64,000 bases of DNA, taken from contig JAPPCR010000006.1 of assembly GCA_028875725.1 (NCBI GenBank), positions 563,786 through 627,785 on the forward strand, in the 5' to 3' direction. Both the position numbers and the translations under genes were made by a program. A model generated the notes under the pieces. That model saw nothing but the letters and a program-made list of their open reading frames with translations, was not told the DNA's origin and did not search any database. Within the stretch, counting starts at the first letter, position 1; the number at the start of each line of letters is the position of its first letter. Shown here piece after piece: positions 18,091 through 27,322 of this stretch. This DNA comes from Acidobacteriota bacterium. Lineage in GTDB: Bacteria; Acidobacteriota; Thermoanaerobaculia; Multivoradales; Multivoraceae.

Positions 18091-18536
18091 GGTGGATTCT
18101 CCGGTTCAGCCGCCGCGCGGTACTCCTCGGGGCCGAGGCTGCGCAGGTAGTGGACGAGTTCCCAGATCTCCGTGTCGTCGAGTTCGGCCTCGAAGGGCGG
18201 CATGTCGAGGCCGGCGCCGAACTTCGTGGAGCGGAAGAGATCGCCGTCCGTGGTCCCGAACCGCCAGCGTTCGGGGTCGGTGAGGTCGGTGGCCTCGAAG
18301 TCGATGTTCTCGAGCGCGCGGCCGTCGAAGCCGTGGCAGATCTGGCAGTGGCGCAGGTAGTGGGTGCGACCTCTCTTCTCGGCGGCCTCGGTGTACGGCG
18401 TCGGGTTGACGGCCGGTACCGCCGGATCGTCCGCCGCGCCGGCGCCCTGGGACGCCTCGGACTGGCCGGCCGCGGCCGCGGCCAGGCCGAGCGACAGGAA
18501 CGTCGCCAGGCGGAGCGCTCTTGTGGCAACTGTCAT
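18087..18536 (-). CDS. mono-heme c-type cytochrome (periplasmic)
   Basis: Start reassigned to the internal ATG at 18536 (MTVATRALRLATFLSLGLAAAAAGQ signal peptide); the upstream 370 codons of the six-frame ORF are Arg/Pro-rich non-coding-like. Single CQICH heme-binding motif. Confidence 0.6.
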   Translation of the reverse strand: MTVATRALRLATFLSLGLAAAAAGQSEASQGAGAADDPAVPAVNPTPYTEAAEKRGRTHYLRHCQICHGFDGRALENIDFEATDLTDPERWRFGTTDGDLFRSTKFGAGLDMPPFEAELDDTEIWELVHYLRSLGPEEYRAAAEPENPP

Positions 18537-18685
18537 CGGGATGGCCCGGGCAGTGTACCCGTGCCGCATGCCGGCGGGAACCCGTGTGGCGCGATCCCGC
18601 GCCACACGCGTCACAGTCCGTGCGCCCGTCATCGGGCGCACGGATGACACGCCGGCGTACCCAGTTTCCGGCGTGCCGGCTTCGG

Positions 18686-21055
18686 CTATTGCGCGGGAGC
18701 GGGAAGCAATTCGATTCTGGCTTCCGCCGCCTCGAGGATGGCGGGGCGGGTGTAGAGCAGGGGAAACGCCTGGTCGTTGGCCCAGGGCTGGAACAGGTCC
18801 CGGTAGTGCGGGCTCCTGGGGTCCCCGGACTGGCCTGGATTGTTCATCACCACCGAGGCGTCCCAGTTGCCGACGTCGATGACCATGCGGAAGGAGGCGC
18901 CGGAGCGCTGGTTGAAGCCGTCGCCGTAGCTGGTGTTGCCGACCGTGTCGCCGGAGCCGCCGCGCTCGGCGGGGCCGACGTCGGCGAGCCGGCGGATGTC
19001 GTCCGGAAGGTGCGCCGACAGTGGATGCCGCAGTTCGATCTGGTGCAGGTCGCCCCAGCGCCAGGCGACGGGGTCGGGGCCCAGGCGCTCGCTGACGTCG
19101 ACGTACGCGGCCCGCAGGCTGTCGAGGAGCGCTTCGTCGCGCGCCCGCCGCGGCCGGTCGCCGAGCCTCGGATCCATCTCTTCGAGCATCCGGAGCAGGT
19201 GCTCGTCCTGGACCGGGAGCGGGTCCTCGCCCGCCCCGAGGGCCGCCGCCATCCGCCGGCCGACCTCGGCTTCGAGGTGCCGTCGCCACCAGACTTCGAA
19301 GAGGGCGGCCGCGGCGCTGTCCGCGGCGAGCTCCGCGTTCCAGCCGCCCAGGAGCTCGAGCGCCGGCCCGGCCTCCGGTGTCGGACTCGCTCGTCCCAGC
19401 AGCGCGTGAAGACGGCGCGCGGGTATCGAGACGTAGTCGGTCTGGAGCCGGACGGCGCCCTCGACCGTCATTGCGTCCTCGGCGTCCAGCACTTCGCCGA
19501 TCCGCTGCCGCCGGTACGGCCCGGCCCACTCCCAGCCCAGCGGCACGTCGTAGCCGGCGGGCAGGTTCATCTCGTTGGCGGTCGCCACCCAGCCGCGCTC
19601 CGGATTGAACTCGACCGGCAGTTCGTCCATGTCCCGGTAACCGCTCCACTCGTAGCGGCCGTCGCCCGGCACCGGCAGCAGACCGTCCCAGTTCGGCCGG
19701 ACCGGCGCCAGGCCGCCCGGTTTCCAGCCGATGTTGCCGCTCGTGTCGGCGTAGACCTGGTTCTCGGACGGCGTTCCCCAGCGGTTCATCGCCGCCAGGA
19801 ACTGATCCCAGTTGCGCGCCCGGATGTACTCGATCGACCCGAGGTAGGGCGCCATGCCGGGCTCCAGCCAGGCCGCGCGCAGACCGATCGCCAGGTCGCG
19901 GTCGGGGTCCCGGTAGAGCACGGGGCCATGGTGGGTGAAGCGAAGGTCCACGGTGCGGGCGTCTTCGCCGCGAACCGGAATCGTCTCCTCGATCGTCTCC
20001 ATCGGCAGCCAGTTGCCCCGGTGCTCGTAGAAGTCTGGTTCGCCGGGTTTCGTCCGGTAAATGTAGAGGTCTTCCTGGTCGATGCTGAAAATTGTCAGCC
20101 CGAAGGCGATCGTGCCGTTGTGTCCGATCGAAATGCCGGGCAGCGCGGGCTCGCCGGCACCGATCAGGTCGAGGTCCGGTGAACTGAGGTGGACGATGTA
20201 GCGGAGCGAGGGCACGGCCTGTGTGCGGTGCGGGTCGTTGGCGAGCAGTGGCCGGCCTGTGGCGGTACGTCGCGGCGAGATCGCCCAGTTGTTGCTGCCC
20301 TGGGATGCCGGGCCGACCTCGTCCTGAAAGCCTGGTTCGAGGTCACCGAAGCGAACGCCGCGGGTGCCCAGCCGGTACAGGTCGAGTGCCTTGGGGGCCG
20401 CCCGGAAGGCGTCGAGATCGAGGCCTGCGGGTACGGCGAGCCGATGGTCTGGCTGGTACCGGTCACGGAGGGCCAGCGCCGCGGCTCCGTGCTCCGCCAG
20501 AAACCTCGCGCGGGAGAACTCGCTGGCGGCGTTTCGCAGCAGGCCATGGCTGCGGATCCGCGTCACCGCCTCAGGGGTCCAGTGCGACGGCTCGTAGCCC
20601 AGCGCCTCGAACTCCGGCGGCAGCAGCTCGCGACGCTCCAGCACCAGGTCGACGTAGGCGTTGACGCCTCGCGTCCAGGCGCTGACGATGCGCTTCGTGT
20701 CCGAGGCGTAGGCGAGCCACTCGGCGTGCATGTCGCCGCGGTAGAGCAGCAGCCGGGCGGCCCGGTCCTGCTCGACGAAGTGGGGCCCGAAGACCTCGGA
20801 GAGCGTCCCCTCGCCGCGCCGGCGCCAGAGGTCGATCTGCCACAGCCGGTCGCGGGCCGCGTTCCAGCCCTGGGCGAAGAACAGGTCGTCCTGGCCGCCG
20901 GCGAAGACGTGGGCGACGCCCCAGCGGTCGACCAGGATCTCGACCGACGCGTCGAGCCCCGGGACCTCGAAGCGGGTTGTCTCGATCTCCTGGGCAACCG
21001 TCGTCGAGGCGAGGAACAGGGCGAGCGCGGGGGCCGTCTGGCGGAGCTTGCGCAT
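18686..21055 (-). CDS. penicillin acylase family (Ntn-hydrolase S45) protein, possible N-acyl-homoserine-lactone acylase
   Basis: Signal peptide. Conserved N-terminus (WGVAHVFAGGQDDLFFAQGWNAARDRLWQIDLWRR). Beta-subunit N-terminal nucleophile motif SNNWAISPRRTATGRPLLANDPH. Confidence 0.7.
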   Translation of the reverse strand: MRKLRQTAPALALFLASTTVAQEIETTRFEVPGLDASVEILVDRWGVAHVFAGGQDDLFFAQGWNAARDRLWQIDLWRRRGEGTLSEVFGPHFVEQDRAARLLLYRGDMHAEWLAYASDTKRIVSAWTRGVNAYVDLVLERRELLPPEFEALGYEPSHWTPEAVTRIRSHGLLRNAASEFSRARFLAEHGAAALALRDRYQPDHRLAVPAGLDLDAFRAAPKALDLYRLGTRGVRFGDLEPGFQDEVGPASQGSNNWAISPRRTATGRPLLANDPHRTQAVPSLRYIVHLSSPDLDLIGAGEPALPGISIGHNGTIAFGLTIFSIDQEDLYIYRTKPGEPDFYEHRGNWLPMETIEETIPVRGEDARTVDLRFTHHGPVLYRDPDRDLAIGLRAAWLEPGMAPYLGSIEYIRARNWDQFLAAMNRWGTPSENQVYADTSGNIGWKPGGLAPVRPNWDGLLPVPGDGRYEWSGYRDMDELPVEFNPERGWVATANEMNLPAGYDVPLGWEWAGPYRRQRIGEVLDAEDAMTVEGAVRLQTDYVSIPARRLHALLGRASPTPEAGPALELLGGWNAELAADSAAAALFEVWWRRHLEAEVGRRMAAALGAGEDPLPVQDEHLLRMLEEMDPRLGDRPRRARDEALLDSLRAAYVDVSERLGPDPVAWRWGDLHQIELRHPLSAHLPDDIRRLADVGPAERGGSGDTVGNTSYGDGFNQRSGASFRMVIDVGNWDASVVMNNPGQSGDPRSPHYRDLFQPWANDQAFPLLYTRPAILEAAEARIELLPAPAQ

Positions 21056-21107
21056 CTGCGAAAGCGCACGATACCAATGGGCCGCTCGGCTAAGCTCTTC
21101 GCCCGTG

Positions 21108-23069
21108 ATGACTCAGACCTCTTGGTCGAAGGCGTGTGGTGCGATTGCTGTCGCGGCGCTCATGATGCCGGCCGCGCCAGCTCTCGTCGCGCAGGACGAG
21201 GCGGCGGACGCGGCGGGTGCCGGAGATCAGGACGGTTCGGCTCCGGAGACCGTGTTCTACGAAACGGCCACGGTGCGGGCCCGCGCTCTGGAAGGCGCGA
21301 CCGCCTCGGTCCAGGTCGTCGACGCGGACGAGTTGCGGCACCTTGCGGTGCGCGACGCGGCCGAGGCGCTGCGGCTGGTGCCCGGCGCCTGGGTGCTCGG
21401 CAACGACTCCAGCGCCTCTCTCGCGGGCGTATCGCTGCGAGGCGGCGACGCGAACTTCTCCCTCGTTTTGATCGACGGCGTGCCGATGGCCGACAGCACG
21501 GACCAGTACGGCGGCGCCTTCCCGCTCGGCAGCGTGGGAGGGGCCGAGATCGAGCGCCTGGAGGTCGTGCGCGGGCCGCTGTCGTCGTTCTACGGGTCGA
21601 GTTCCCTGGCCGGGGCGGTGCAGTTGATCACCGCGGCGCCGCGCGACGAGGCGCCCTTTCTGGGCTGGAGCGCGCAAGCGGGAGATCACGACCACCTGAG
21701 CAGCCGGCTTTCCTGGGGACGCGCGGGCGAGTCGTCGCACGGTTCGATCAACGCGGCGGTTCGCGAGGAACAGGGCCGGGTCGGCGAGGATGCGCTGGAG
21801 CAGCAGACGCTCAGCGCGCGCTGGGGCCGGAACCTGGGCGAGGCGTCCGCGCTTCGCCTCTCGGGGCGCTTCTCCGACTGGCAGGCGGACGACTACTCGG
21901 ACGGCTCCGGCGGCCCTGTCTTCGGCAGCGGAGACCTGCGGGAGTCAGATCACAGCGATCTCGGCCTCGCGGCGACGGTCGACTTCGGTGCCGGGGAGGC
22001 CTGGAGCCACACGCTGCGGTCGACCTTCTACAAACACACCCTCGACCGGACCAGTCCTCCGATCGTTCCCGTCGTGCCGCCGATCACCGAGTCCACGGAG
22101 TTCGACGACCTGCGGGTTGCCTGGACCGGCGCCTTCTCTCCGGCGGGCGGAGCGCCGTATGACCTCAGCCTGGGCGTCGAAGGCCTCGCCGAGGAGGGCC
22201 GCAACCAGAGTCTTCTTCTTCTGCCGCCTTACTTCGGCGGCCCTCTGGCCGGCGACTATCTGATCGAGCGGGAGCGAGTGGGCGCGTTCGCGGAGTGGCG
22301 GTGGAGCCGCGGCGGCTTCGTGGCCGAACTCGGTGCGCGAGCCGACTTCTTCGAAGGTGAAGGCGAGGAAGTGAGTCCACGGGTCGGCTTTCGCTACACG
22401 CCCGAGGGTGACGCCTGGTCGGTGCGGGCGTCGGCGGGCGAGGCGTTCAAGCTGCCGAGCCTCTACGCGCTGGCGACTCCACGCGCGATCGGAGGCAATC
22501 CGAACTTGCTGGCGGAGACGAGCGCCGGGGCGGATTTGGGAGTCGAGTTCCGGGCCTCTGACGCTTCGGTGAGGGGCGGCATCACCCTGTTCTCGAACCG
22601 ATTCGAGAACCTGATCGACTTCGACTTCGACACCTTTCAGATCGTGAACCGGAGCAAGGTGGACGCCGAAGGCGTGGAGGCGTTTCTCGTCTGGAACCCG
22701 TCGGCGCGCGTCGGAGTCGATGTCCGCCTCACCTCGCAGGACACCGAGGACCTGGCCACCGGGCGGACACTGCGCCGCAGGCCGGATCTCTACGGCGGCG
22801 TCGGCCTGCGGGTTGACCTGAGCGAGTCGGTCCGGCTCGGCCTCGAGGCCCGGCACACCGGCTCCTATCTCGACGAGCAGGTTCCGGCGCCGTTCCGGAC
22901 CTCGGTCGCCGGCCGGGACCTGGTTGGCTTGTCGCTCTCCTGGCAGGCCGCGGACCGGTGGCGGATGAGCCTGCGCGCCGACAATGCCTTCGATGAGTCG
23001 TACGAGACGCAGGTTGGTTTCCCGGGCCCTGAACGGTCCGTGAGGATCGGAGTTCGTTATGGGCACTAG
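21108..23069 (+). CDS. TonB-dependent receptor (plug plus beta-barrel)
   Basis: Signal peptide (MTQTSWSKACGAIAVAALMMPAAPALVAQ) at an internal Met; the ORF extends to 21048. Plug motifs (VQVVDADEL...AEALRLVPGAWV...LRGGDANFSLVLIDGVPM). About 650 aa. Confidence 0.65.
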   Translation: MTQTSWSKACGAIAVAALMMPAAPALVAQDEAADAAGAGDQDGSAPETVFYETATVRARALEGATASVQVVDADELRHLAVRDAAEALRLVPGAWVLGNDSSASLAGVSLRGGDANFSLVLIDGVPMADSTDQYGGAFPLGSVGGAEIERLEVVRGPLSSFYGSSSLAGAVQLITAAPRDEAPFLGWSAQAGDHDHLSSRLSWGRAGESSHGSINAAVREEQGRVGEDALEQQTLSARWGRNLGEASALRLSGRFSDWQADDYSDGSGGPVFGSGDLRESDHSDLGLAATVDFGAGEAWSHTLRSTFYKHTLDRTSPPIVPVVPPITESTEFDDLRVAWTGAFSPAGGAPYDLSLGVEGLAEEGRNQSLLLLPPYFGGPLAGDYLIERERVGAFAEWRWSRGGFVAELGARADFFEGEGEEVSPRVGFRYTPEGDAWSVRASAGEAFKLPSLYALATPRAIGGNPNLLAETSAGADLGVEFRASDASVRGGITLFSNRFENLIDFDFDTFQIVNRSKVDAEGVEAFLVWNPSARVGVDVRLTSQDTEDLATGRTLRRRPDLYGGVGLRVDLSESVRLGLEARHTGSYLDEQVPAPFRTSVAGRDLVGLSLSWQAADRWRMSLRADNAFDESYETQVGFPGPERSVRIGVRYGH

Positions 23070-23081
23070 GAGGATGAACGG

Positions 23082-23861
23082 ATGAAGACGATGTTGACGG
23101 TTGTCGCCGCAATGCTGTTGGTGATGGGAACGGTCGCCTGCGTCGAGATCCGGGTAGGCGCCCCGGATGACGCCGAGACCGAAGAGGCCGCGGTCGAACC
23201 GGCCGCGACCCTGAACGAGCTCAGTGCCGAGGAAGTCGAGGCAGGCTTCCAGTCGCTCTTCGACGGCGAGTCGCTGGAGCACTGGCGCGGCTTCAAGCTG
23301 GACCAGGTGCCGGCGGGCTGGTCGGCAGCCGACGGCGTGGTCCACTTCCTGCCGCCTACCGGCGACGACGCCGGACCGCGAGCCGACCTGCTGACCCGGG
23401 AGCAGTACCGGTCATTCGAGTTCCGCTTCGACTGGGCCGTAACGGCGGGAGGCAACAGCGGCGTCATGTTCCACGTCTCCGAGGACGCCCCGGCCTCCTA
23501 CTCGACCGGCCCGGAGTTTCAGATTCTGGATGATGACGGCCACCGGGACGGTCAGCGCATGGAGACTTCCGCGGCCTCTAACTACGCCCTTCACGCTCGG
23601 CAGGGCGGTGAGCTGGTACCGGTGGGCGAGTTCAACACTTCCGCCCTGCGGGTGGAAGGAAACCGGGTCACGCACTGGTTGAACGGCGAGAAGGTGGTCG
23701 AGTACATGCTCTGGGACGACGACTGGAAGGCGCTGGTTGAGGCCAGCAAGTTCGCTTCGATGCCCGGCTACGGGATGATGGAGACGGGCCACATCGCGCT
23801 CCAGGACCACGGCAACGAGATCTGGTTCCGCAACCTCCGCATCCTCGTGCTGCCTGATTGA
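23082..23861 (+). CDS. DUF1080 (3-keto-disaccharide hydrolase-like, LamG-fold) lipoprotein
   Basis: Lipobox MLLVMGTVAC. Motifs FDGESLEHWRG...GNSGVMFHV...GHIALQDHGNEIWFRNLRI are typical of DUF1080. Confidence 0.55.
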   Translation: MKTMLTVVAAMLLVMGTVACVEIRVGAPDDAETEEAAVEPAATLNELSAEEVEAGFQSLFDGESLEHWRGFKLDQVPAGWSAADGVVHFLPPTGDDAGPRADLLTREQYRSFEFRFDWAVTAGGNSGVMFHVSEDAPASYSTGPEFQILDDDGHRDGQRMETSAASNYALHARQGGELVPVGEFNTSALRVEGNRVTHWLNGEKVVEYMLWDDDWKALVEASKFASMPGYGMMETGHIALQDHGNEIWFRNLRILVLPD

Positions 23862-25831
23862 TGGACGACCCCGCCTCCGGCCTGGCCTGGTTCAAGGTCG
23901 CCGACCTCGACGAGCTGGCCGAGAACCGGGTCAAGACGGTGGTGGCGGGCCGCCGCTCCATTTGCCTGACGCACCACGACGGGCAGTACGGCGCGCTGGA
24001 CAACCGCTGTCCGCACCAGGGTGGCCCGTTGGGGGAGGGATCGATCGAGAACGGCTGGTTGCGTTGCCCGTGGCATGGCTGGGACTACTGCCCGCTCACG
24101 GGCAAGTCGCCGGCGGGCTACGACGAGCGGGTGCCGACCTACGCAGTCGAGGTCCGCGGCGACGGCATCTATGTCGGTCTGGAGAAAGAGGTCGAGCGAC
24201 CGCGCACGGTGAGCGACGCGATGGTCGAGACCTTTGTCAACTGGGGGATGACCCACGTCTTCGGAATGGTCGGCCATTCGAACCTCGGACTGGCCGACGC
24301 GATCCGGGCGCAGTGCGAGGCCGGCGCCCTCCAGTACGTCGGTGTCCGCCATGAGGGCGCGGCGGCGTTTGCCGCCTCGGCCTATGGCAAGTTGACCGGC
24401 CGGCCCGCTGCCTGTTTGACGATCGCCGGACCGGGCGCCACGAACCTGCTCACCGGGATGTGGGACGCGCGGATGGACCGTGCTCCGATCCTGGCGCTGA
24501 CCGGCCAGGTGGACACCCAGGTCCTGGGCCCCGGGGCGTTCCAGGAGGTCGACCTCTCGGCTGCCTTTGCCGGCGTCGCCGCGATGAGTCACGCCGTCTA
24601 CCGGGACAGCCGGCACGTGGAACTGGCGAATCTGGCCTGCAAGAACGCGATCCTCAAGCGCGACGTGGCGCACCTCATCTTCCCGGACGAGGTTCAGACG
24701 CTGCCTTCGGAAGCTTCTGCCGGGTCGCCCGAGGGTCGGCTGACGCCACCCGGGATCACCCCACCGCCCGAGGCCACGGAACGCGCCCTGGAGTTGATTC
24801 GCGGCGCTCGCCGACCGGTCATCATCGTCGGCCACGGCGCCCGCTTCGAGATGGGCGGCGTCACGGCTCTCGCGGAGCGGTTGAACGCGCCGGTGGTCAC
24901 GACGTTCAAGGCGAAGGGGCTGATCTCCGACGACCACCCGCTCGGCTGCGGCGTCCTCGGCCGCAGTGGCACGCCGGTCGCGAGCTGGTTCATGAACGAG
25001 AGCGACCTGCTCATCGTGTTCGGCGCCTCGTTCTCGAACCACACCGGGATCACGACCTTCAAGCCGGTCATCCAGGTCGACTTCGAGGCGATGGCCCTCG
25101 GCAAGTTCCACGCCGTCGACGTGCCCGTCTGGGGCGAGATCGGGGTCACCGCGCGGCTGTTCGCGGAGGCGCTCGGCGACGGCGCCACCGACACCATGGA
25201 CCAGCGGCCGGAGGTCGCTGAGCGCTGGCGGATCTGGCGGCTGGAGAAGGAACGCCGTCTCGCGGATGTCGGCGAGGCCGGCGTGAGTTCCGCGGCCGTG
25301 TTCGCGTCGCTGAACCGCTGCCTGCCCGAGGACGCGATCATCGCCGTCGACGTCGGCAACAACACGTACTCCTTCGGCCGCTACTTCGAGTGCCGGCGGC
25401 AGGCCGTGCTGATGTCGGGATATCTCGGTTCGATCGGGTTCGGCTACCCGGCGGCGATGGGCGCCTGGGCGGCGACGCAGACGGCCGACGAGCGGTTCGC
25501 CGGCCGGCCGGTGGTGGCGATCACCGGCGACGGCGGCTTCGGCCAGTACCTTGGAGAGGTGATGACCGCCGTCCACCACCGGATGAACATCACCCACGTT
25601 CTGCTGAACAACAGCGAGCTCGGCAAGATCTCGAAGGAGCAGCGGGCGATCGAACTGCCCGTCTGGATGACCGACCTGACGAACCCGAACTTCGCCGAGT
25701 TCGTGACGAACTGCGGTGGCCTCGGCATCCGGGTCGAGGACGCGGGCGAACTCGACAGTGCGCTCGAGCGTGCGCTGGACCACGATGGGCCGGCCACGGT
25801 CGAGGTCGTCGCGGACCCGCTCCTGGTGTAG
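23858..25831 (+). CDS. Rieske [2Fe-2S] domain fused to a TPP-dependent enzyme (ALS/POX family)
   Basis: N-terminal Rieske motifs CPHQGGPL...CPWHGWDY. The remainder is TPP-enzyme domains (PAACLTIAGPGATNL; GDGGFGQY...NN TPP-binding). 4 bp overlap with the upstream DUF1080 gene. Confidence 0.65.
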   Translation: MMDDPASGLAWFKVADLDELAENRVKTVVAGRRSICLTHHDGQYGALDNRCPHQGGPLGEGSIENGWLRCPWHGWDYCPLTGKSPAGYDERVPTYAVEVRGDGIYVGLEKEVERPRTVSDAMVETFVNWGMTHVFGMVGHSNLGLADAIRAQCEAGALQYVGVRHEGAAAFAASAYGKLTGRPAACLTIAGPGATNLLTGMWDARMDRAPILALTGQVDTQVLGPGAFQEVDLSAAFAGVAAMSHAVYRDSRHVELANLACKNAILKRDVAHLIFPDEVQTLPSEASAGSPEGRLTPPGITPPPEATERALELIRGARRPVIIVGHGARFEMGGVTALAERLNAPVVTTFKAKGLISDDHPLGCGVLGRSGTPVASWFMNESDLLIVFGASFSNHTGITTFKPVIQVDFEAMALGKFHAVDVPVWGEIGVTARLFAEALGDGATDTMDQRPEVAERWRIWRLEKERRLADVGEAGVSSAAVFASLNRCLPEDAIIAVDVGNNTYSFGRYFECRRQAVLMSGYLGSIGFGYPAAMGAWAATQTADERFAGRPVVAITGDGGFGQYLGEVMTAVHHRMNITHVLLNNSELGKISKEQRAIELPVWMTDLTNPNFAEFVTNCGGLGIRVEDAGELDSALERALDHDGPATVEVVADPLLV

Positions 25832-25869
25832 AGTCCGCGACGTTTCTGCGCCCGCAGTCCGGCAGGGTG

Positions 25870-26583
25870 ATGCCGAGTGCTCGCAAAGGCCAGGTGAGCC
25901 AAAGCAGCCGGATGGCGATTCCCACACATGGCCCATCGTGCCGGACTTGGACTTATCCGACGGCTTGCTGGGAATGCGGAAAAGCCATCCAAATCCTGCA
26001 GTGCACCTGTGGCAGCGTCGTGCTGTTGGAGGCCATGGGCTGGCCATGGCCACGGCACGACTGCCGTTCCCATAGTTCCGCATCCGGGGGTGTCGGCGGT
26101 AGCGGTCTGAGCGGCTGGACGGCAGTTAACAAACTGCGGCGCCTGGGGATCCCCATCACCGATGCTGCCATGGAGAAGATCTTCCCGGAAGAGAGATCAG
26201 GACCGCAAGTTACTCGTCCAGTTGAGGACACGAAGAAGGTCGACCCCTCGGGCCATGGGACGAAGGACCTTCTGGCCGTCTTGCGGGAGTTGCAAGAGAG
26301 GACACGTCGCACGGCGCTCATAGAGAGCCTCCCGGTGATGGGGAAGAAGCTGCTTGGCCTTGAAGCTCACGTCCGCTACTGGCAGGTGACGCTGGTTCGA
26401 AACGACGTGCAGCCGAATGAGAGCTACACAGCTTTCATTCCAGCGCCACTCGTGCGGACTCTACGGAGGGGCGTGATGGTCGCAGCGAAGATCGTGGCCC
26501 GTGGGCACGGCGAACAGGCGTGCTGGCTCGTCTCGGCCATCCGGGGTTGTGTGATCCCGGTGAAGTCTAGGAGCGATCCGTGA
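25870..26583 (+). CDS. hypothetical Cys-rich (zinc-ribbon-like) protein at the edge of the defence island
   Basis: Begins 40 bp after the Rieske-TPP stop, where GC drops. CxxC...CxC cluster (CRTWTYPTACWECGKAIQILQCTCG). Converges on and overlaps the brxA 3' end by 17 bp. Confidence 0.35.
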   Translation: MPSARKGQVSQSSRMAIPTHGPSCRTWTYPTACWECGKAIQILQCTCGSVVLLEAMGWPWPRHDCRSHSSASGGVGGSGLSGWTAVNKLRRLGIPITDAAMEKIFPEERSGPQVTRPVEDTKKVDPSGHGTKDLLAVLRELQERTRRTALIESLPVMGKKLLGLEAHVRYWQVTLVRNDVQPNESYTAFIPAPLVRTLRRGVMVAAKIVARGHGEQACWLVSAIRGCVIPVKSRSDP

Positions 26584-27322
26584 GAGCGACCAAGGCTTCT
26601 TGATCCAGTCCGTGATGCGTGACTTCAAGCGTGGTGCAGGCTTCAAGCTCTCTCGTGGACGGAAGGGACACATCGAACGGGAACATGTGGGGACCGTGTA
26701 GCAGTGCCCTGGCTTGCTGCGGTCGATCTCCCGTGGCTGCAAGCACCGCCTGGATGGCCCAGGCGGCGAGTTGATCCCGGTTCCCTACGACGCGCTTCGA
26801 TGTCGCGCTGTAGACGCCCTTTGAACCGCTTTCCTGAAGGACATCCCAGTCGATGAATGTCCGCAGAATCCGCCTCGTGGCGCGGGCCACCGTTTCGCGT
26901 TCACCGAACTGCTCACGGACGCGGCGCTGCACTTGGGCGGCACCAGCCGTTCCCTGTAGGCGCAAGAGCCGACCGGTCTGGTGTGCGACTTGCCAGAAGA
27001 ACGGGTAGGCCGCCATGCACATGCACCAGTGGACGAAAGTGCGTTCCGCTGCCGACGGACGTTGAAGCAAGTGGATCCCCTGGTCTCTCAGCCCCACGCG
27101 GTTTCTTGGGACGTTGGCCCACACCTTTGTCAGGATCGTGATCGCCTTGTGCCGGTTACCGCGCTTCGGTTCGTTGCCGACGGACAGCTTCTCCCGCAGG
27201 CGTTCGTTGAGTTCCGAAGCGATCTCGGCCGTCGTGTTGTCCGCGAGAACGAGGTTTGCCGTGTACTCCAGCCAGTCGAGCTGAATGCGCTGGCTGAAAC
27301 CGATCTGACCGGCTCGGTTCAT
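26567..27322 (-). CDS. brxA: BREX protein BrxA (DUF1819-like)
   Basis: 251 aa. Last gene of the minus-strand operon. 4 bp overlap with pglZ. Size and position fit BrxA of BREX type 3. Family assignment rests on context plus weak sequence recollection. Confidence 0.45.
   Translation of the reverse strand: MNRAGQIGFSQRIQLDWLEYTANLVLADNTTAEIASELNERLREKLSVGNEPKRGNRHKAITILTKVWANVPRNRVGLRDQGIHLLQRPSAAERTFVHWCMCMAAYPFFWQVAHQTGRLLRLQGTAGAAQVQRRVREQFGERETVARATRRILRTFIDWDVLQESGSKGVYSATSKRVVGNRDQLAAWAIQAVLAATGDRPQQARALLHGPHMFPFDVSLPSTRELEACTTLEVTHHGLDQEALVALTDRS

Noticed and set aside
16102-18150. 682 aa plus-strand ORF and 17534..18529 minus ORF
   Set aside because: Antisense or alternative frame of the Tat-TPP enzyme and cytochrome c genes. 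No motifs. GC-driven open frames.
18536-19649. Long N-terminal extension of the cytochrome c ORF (total 520 aa)
   Set aside because: Upstream 370 codons are extremely Arg/Pro/Gly-rich with no signal or domains. A signal peptide plus CxxCH follows the internal ATG at 18536, so the extension is treated as non-coding.
20189-22162. 657 aa plus-strand ORF
   Set aside because: Overlaps the penicillin acylase gene antisense and the TBDR out of frame. Arg/Gly-rich nonsense translation.
23768-26083. 771 aa minus-strand ORF
   Set aside because: Antisense to the Rieske-TPP gene (clear Rieske and TPP motifs on plus strand). Low-complexity translation.
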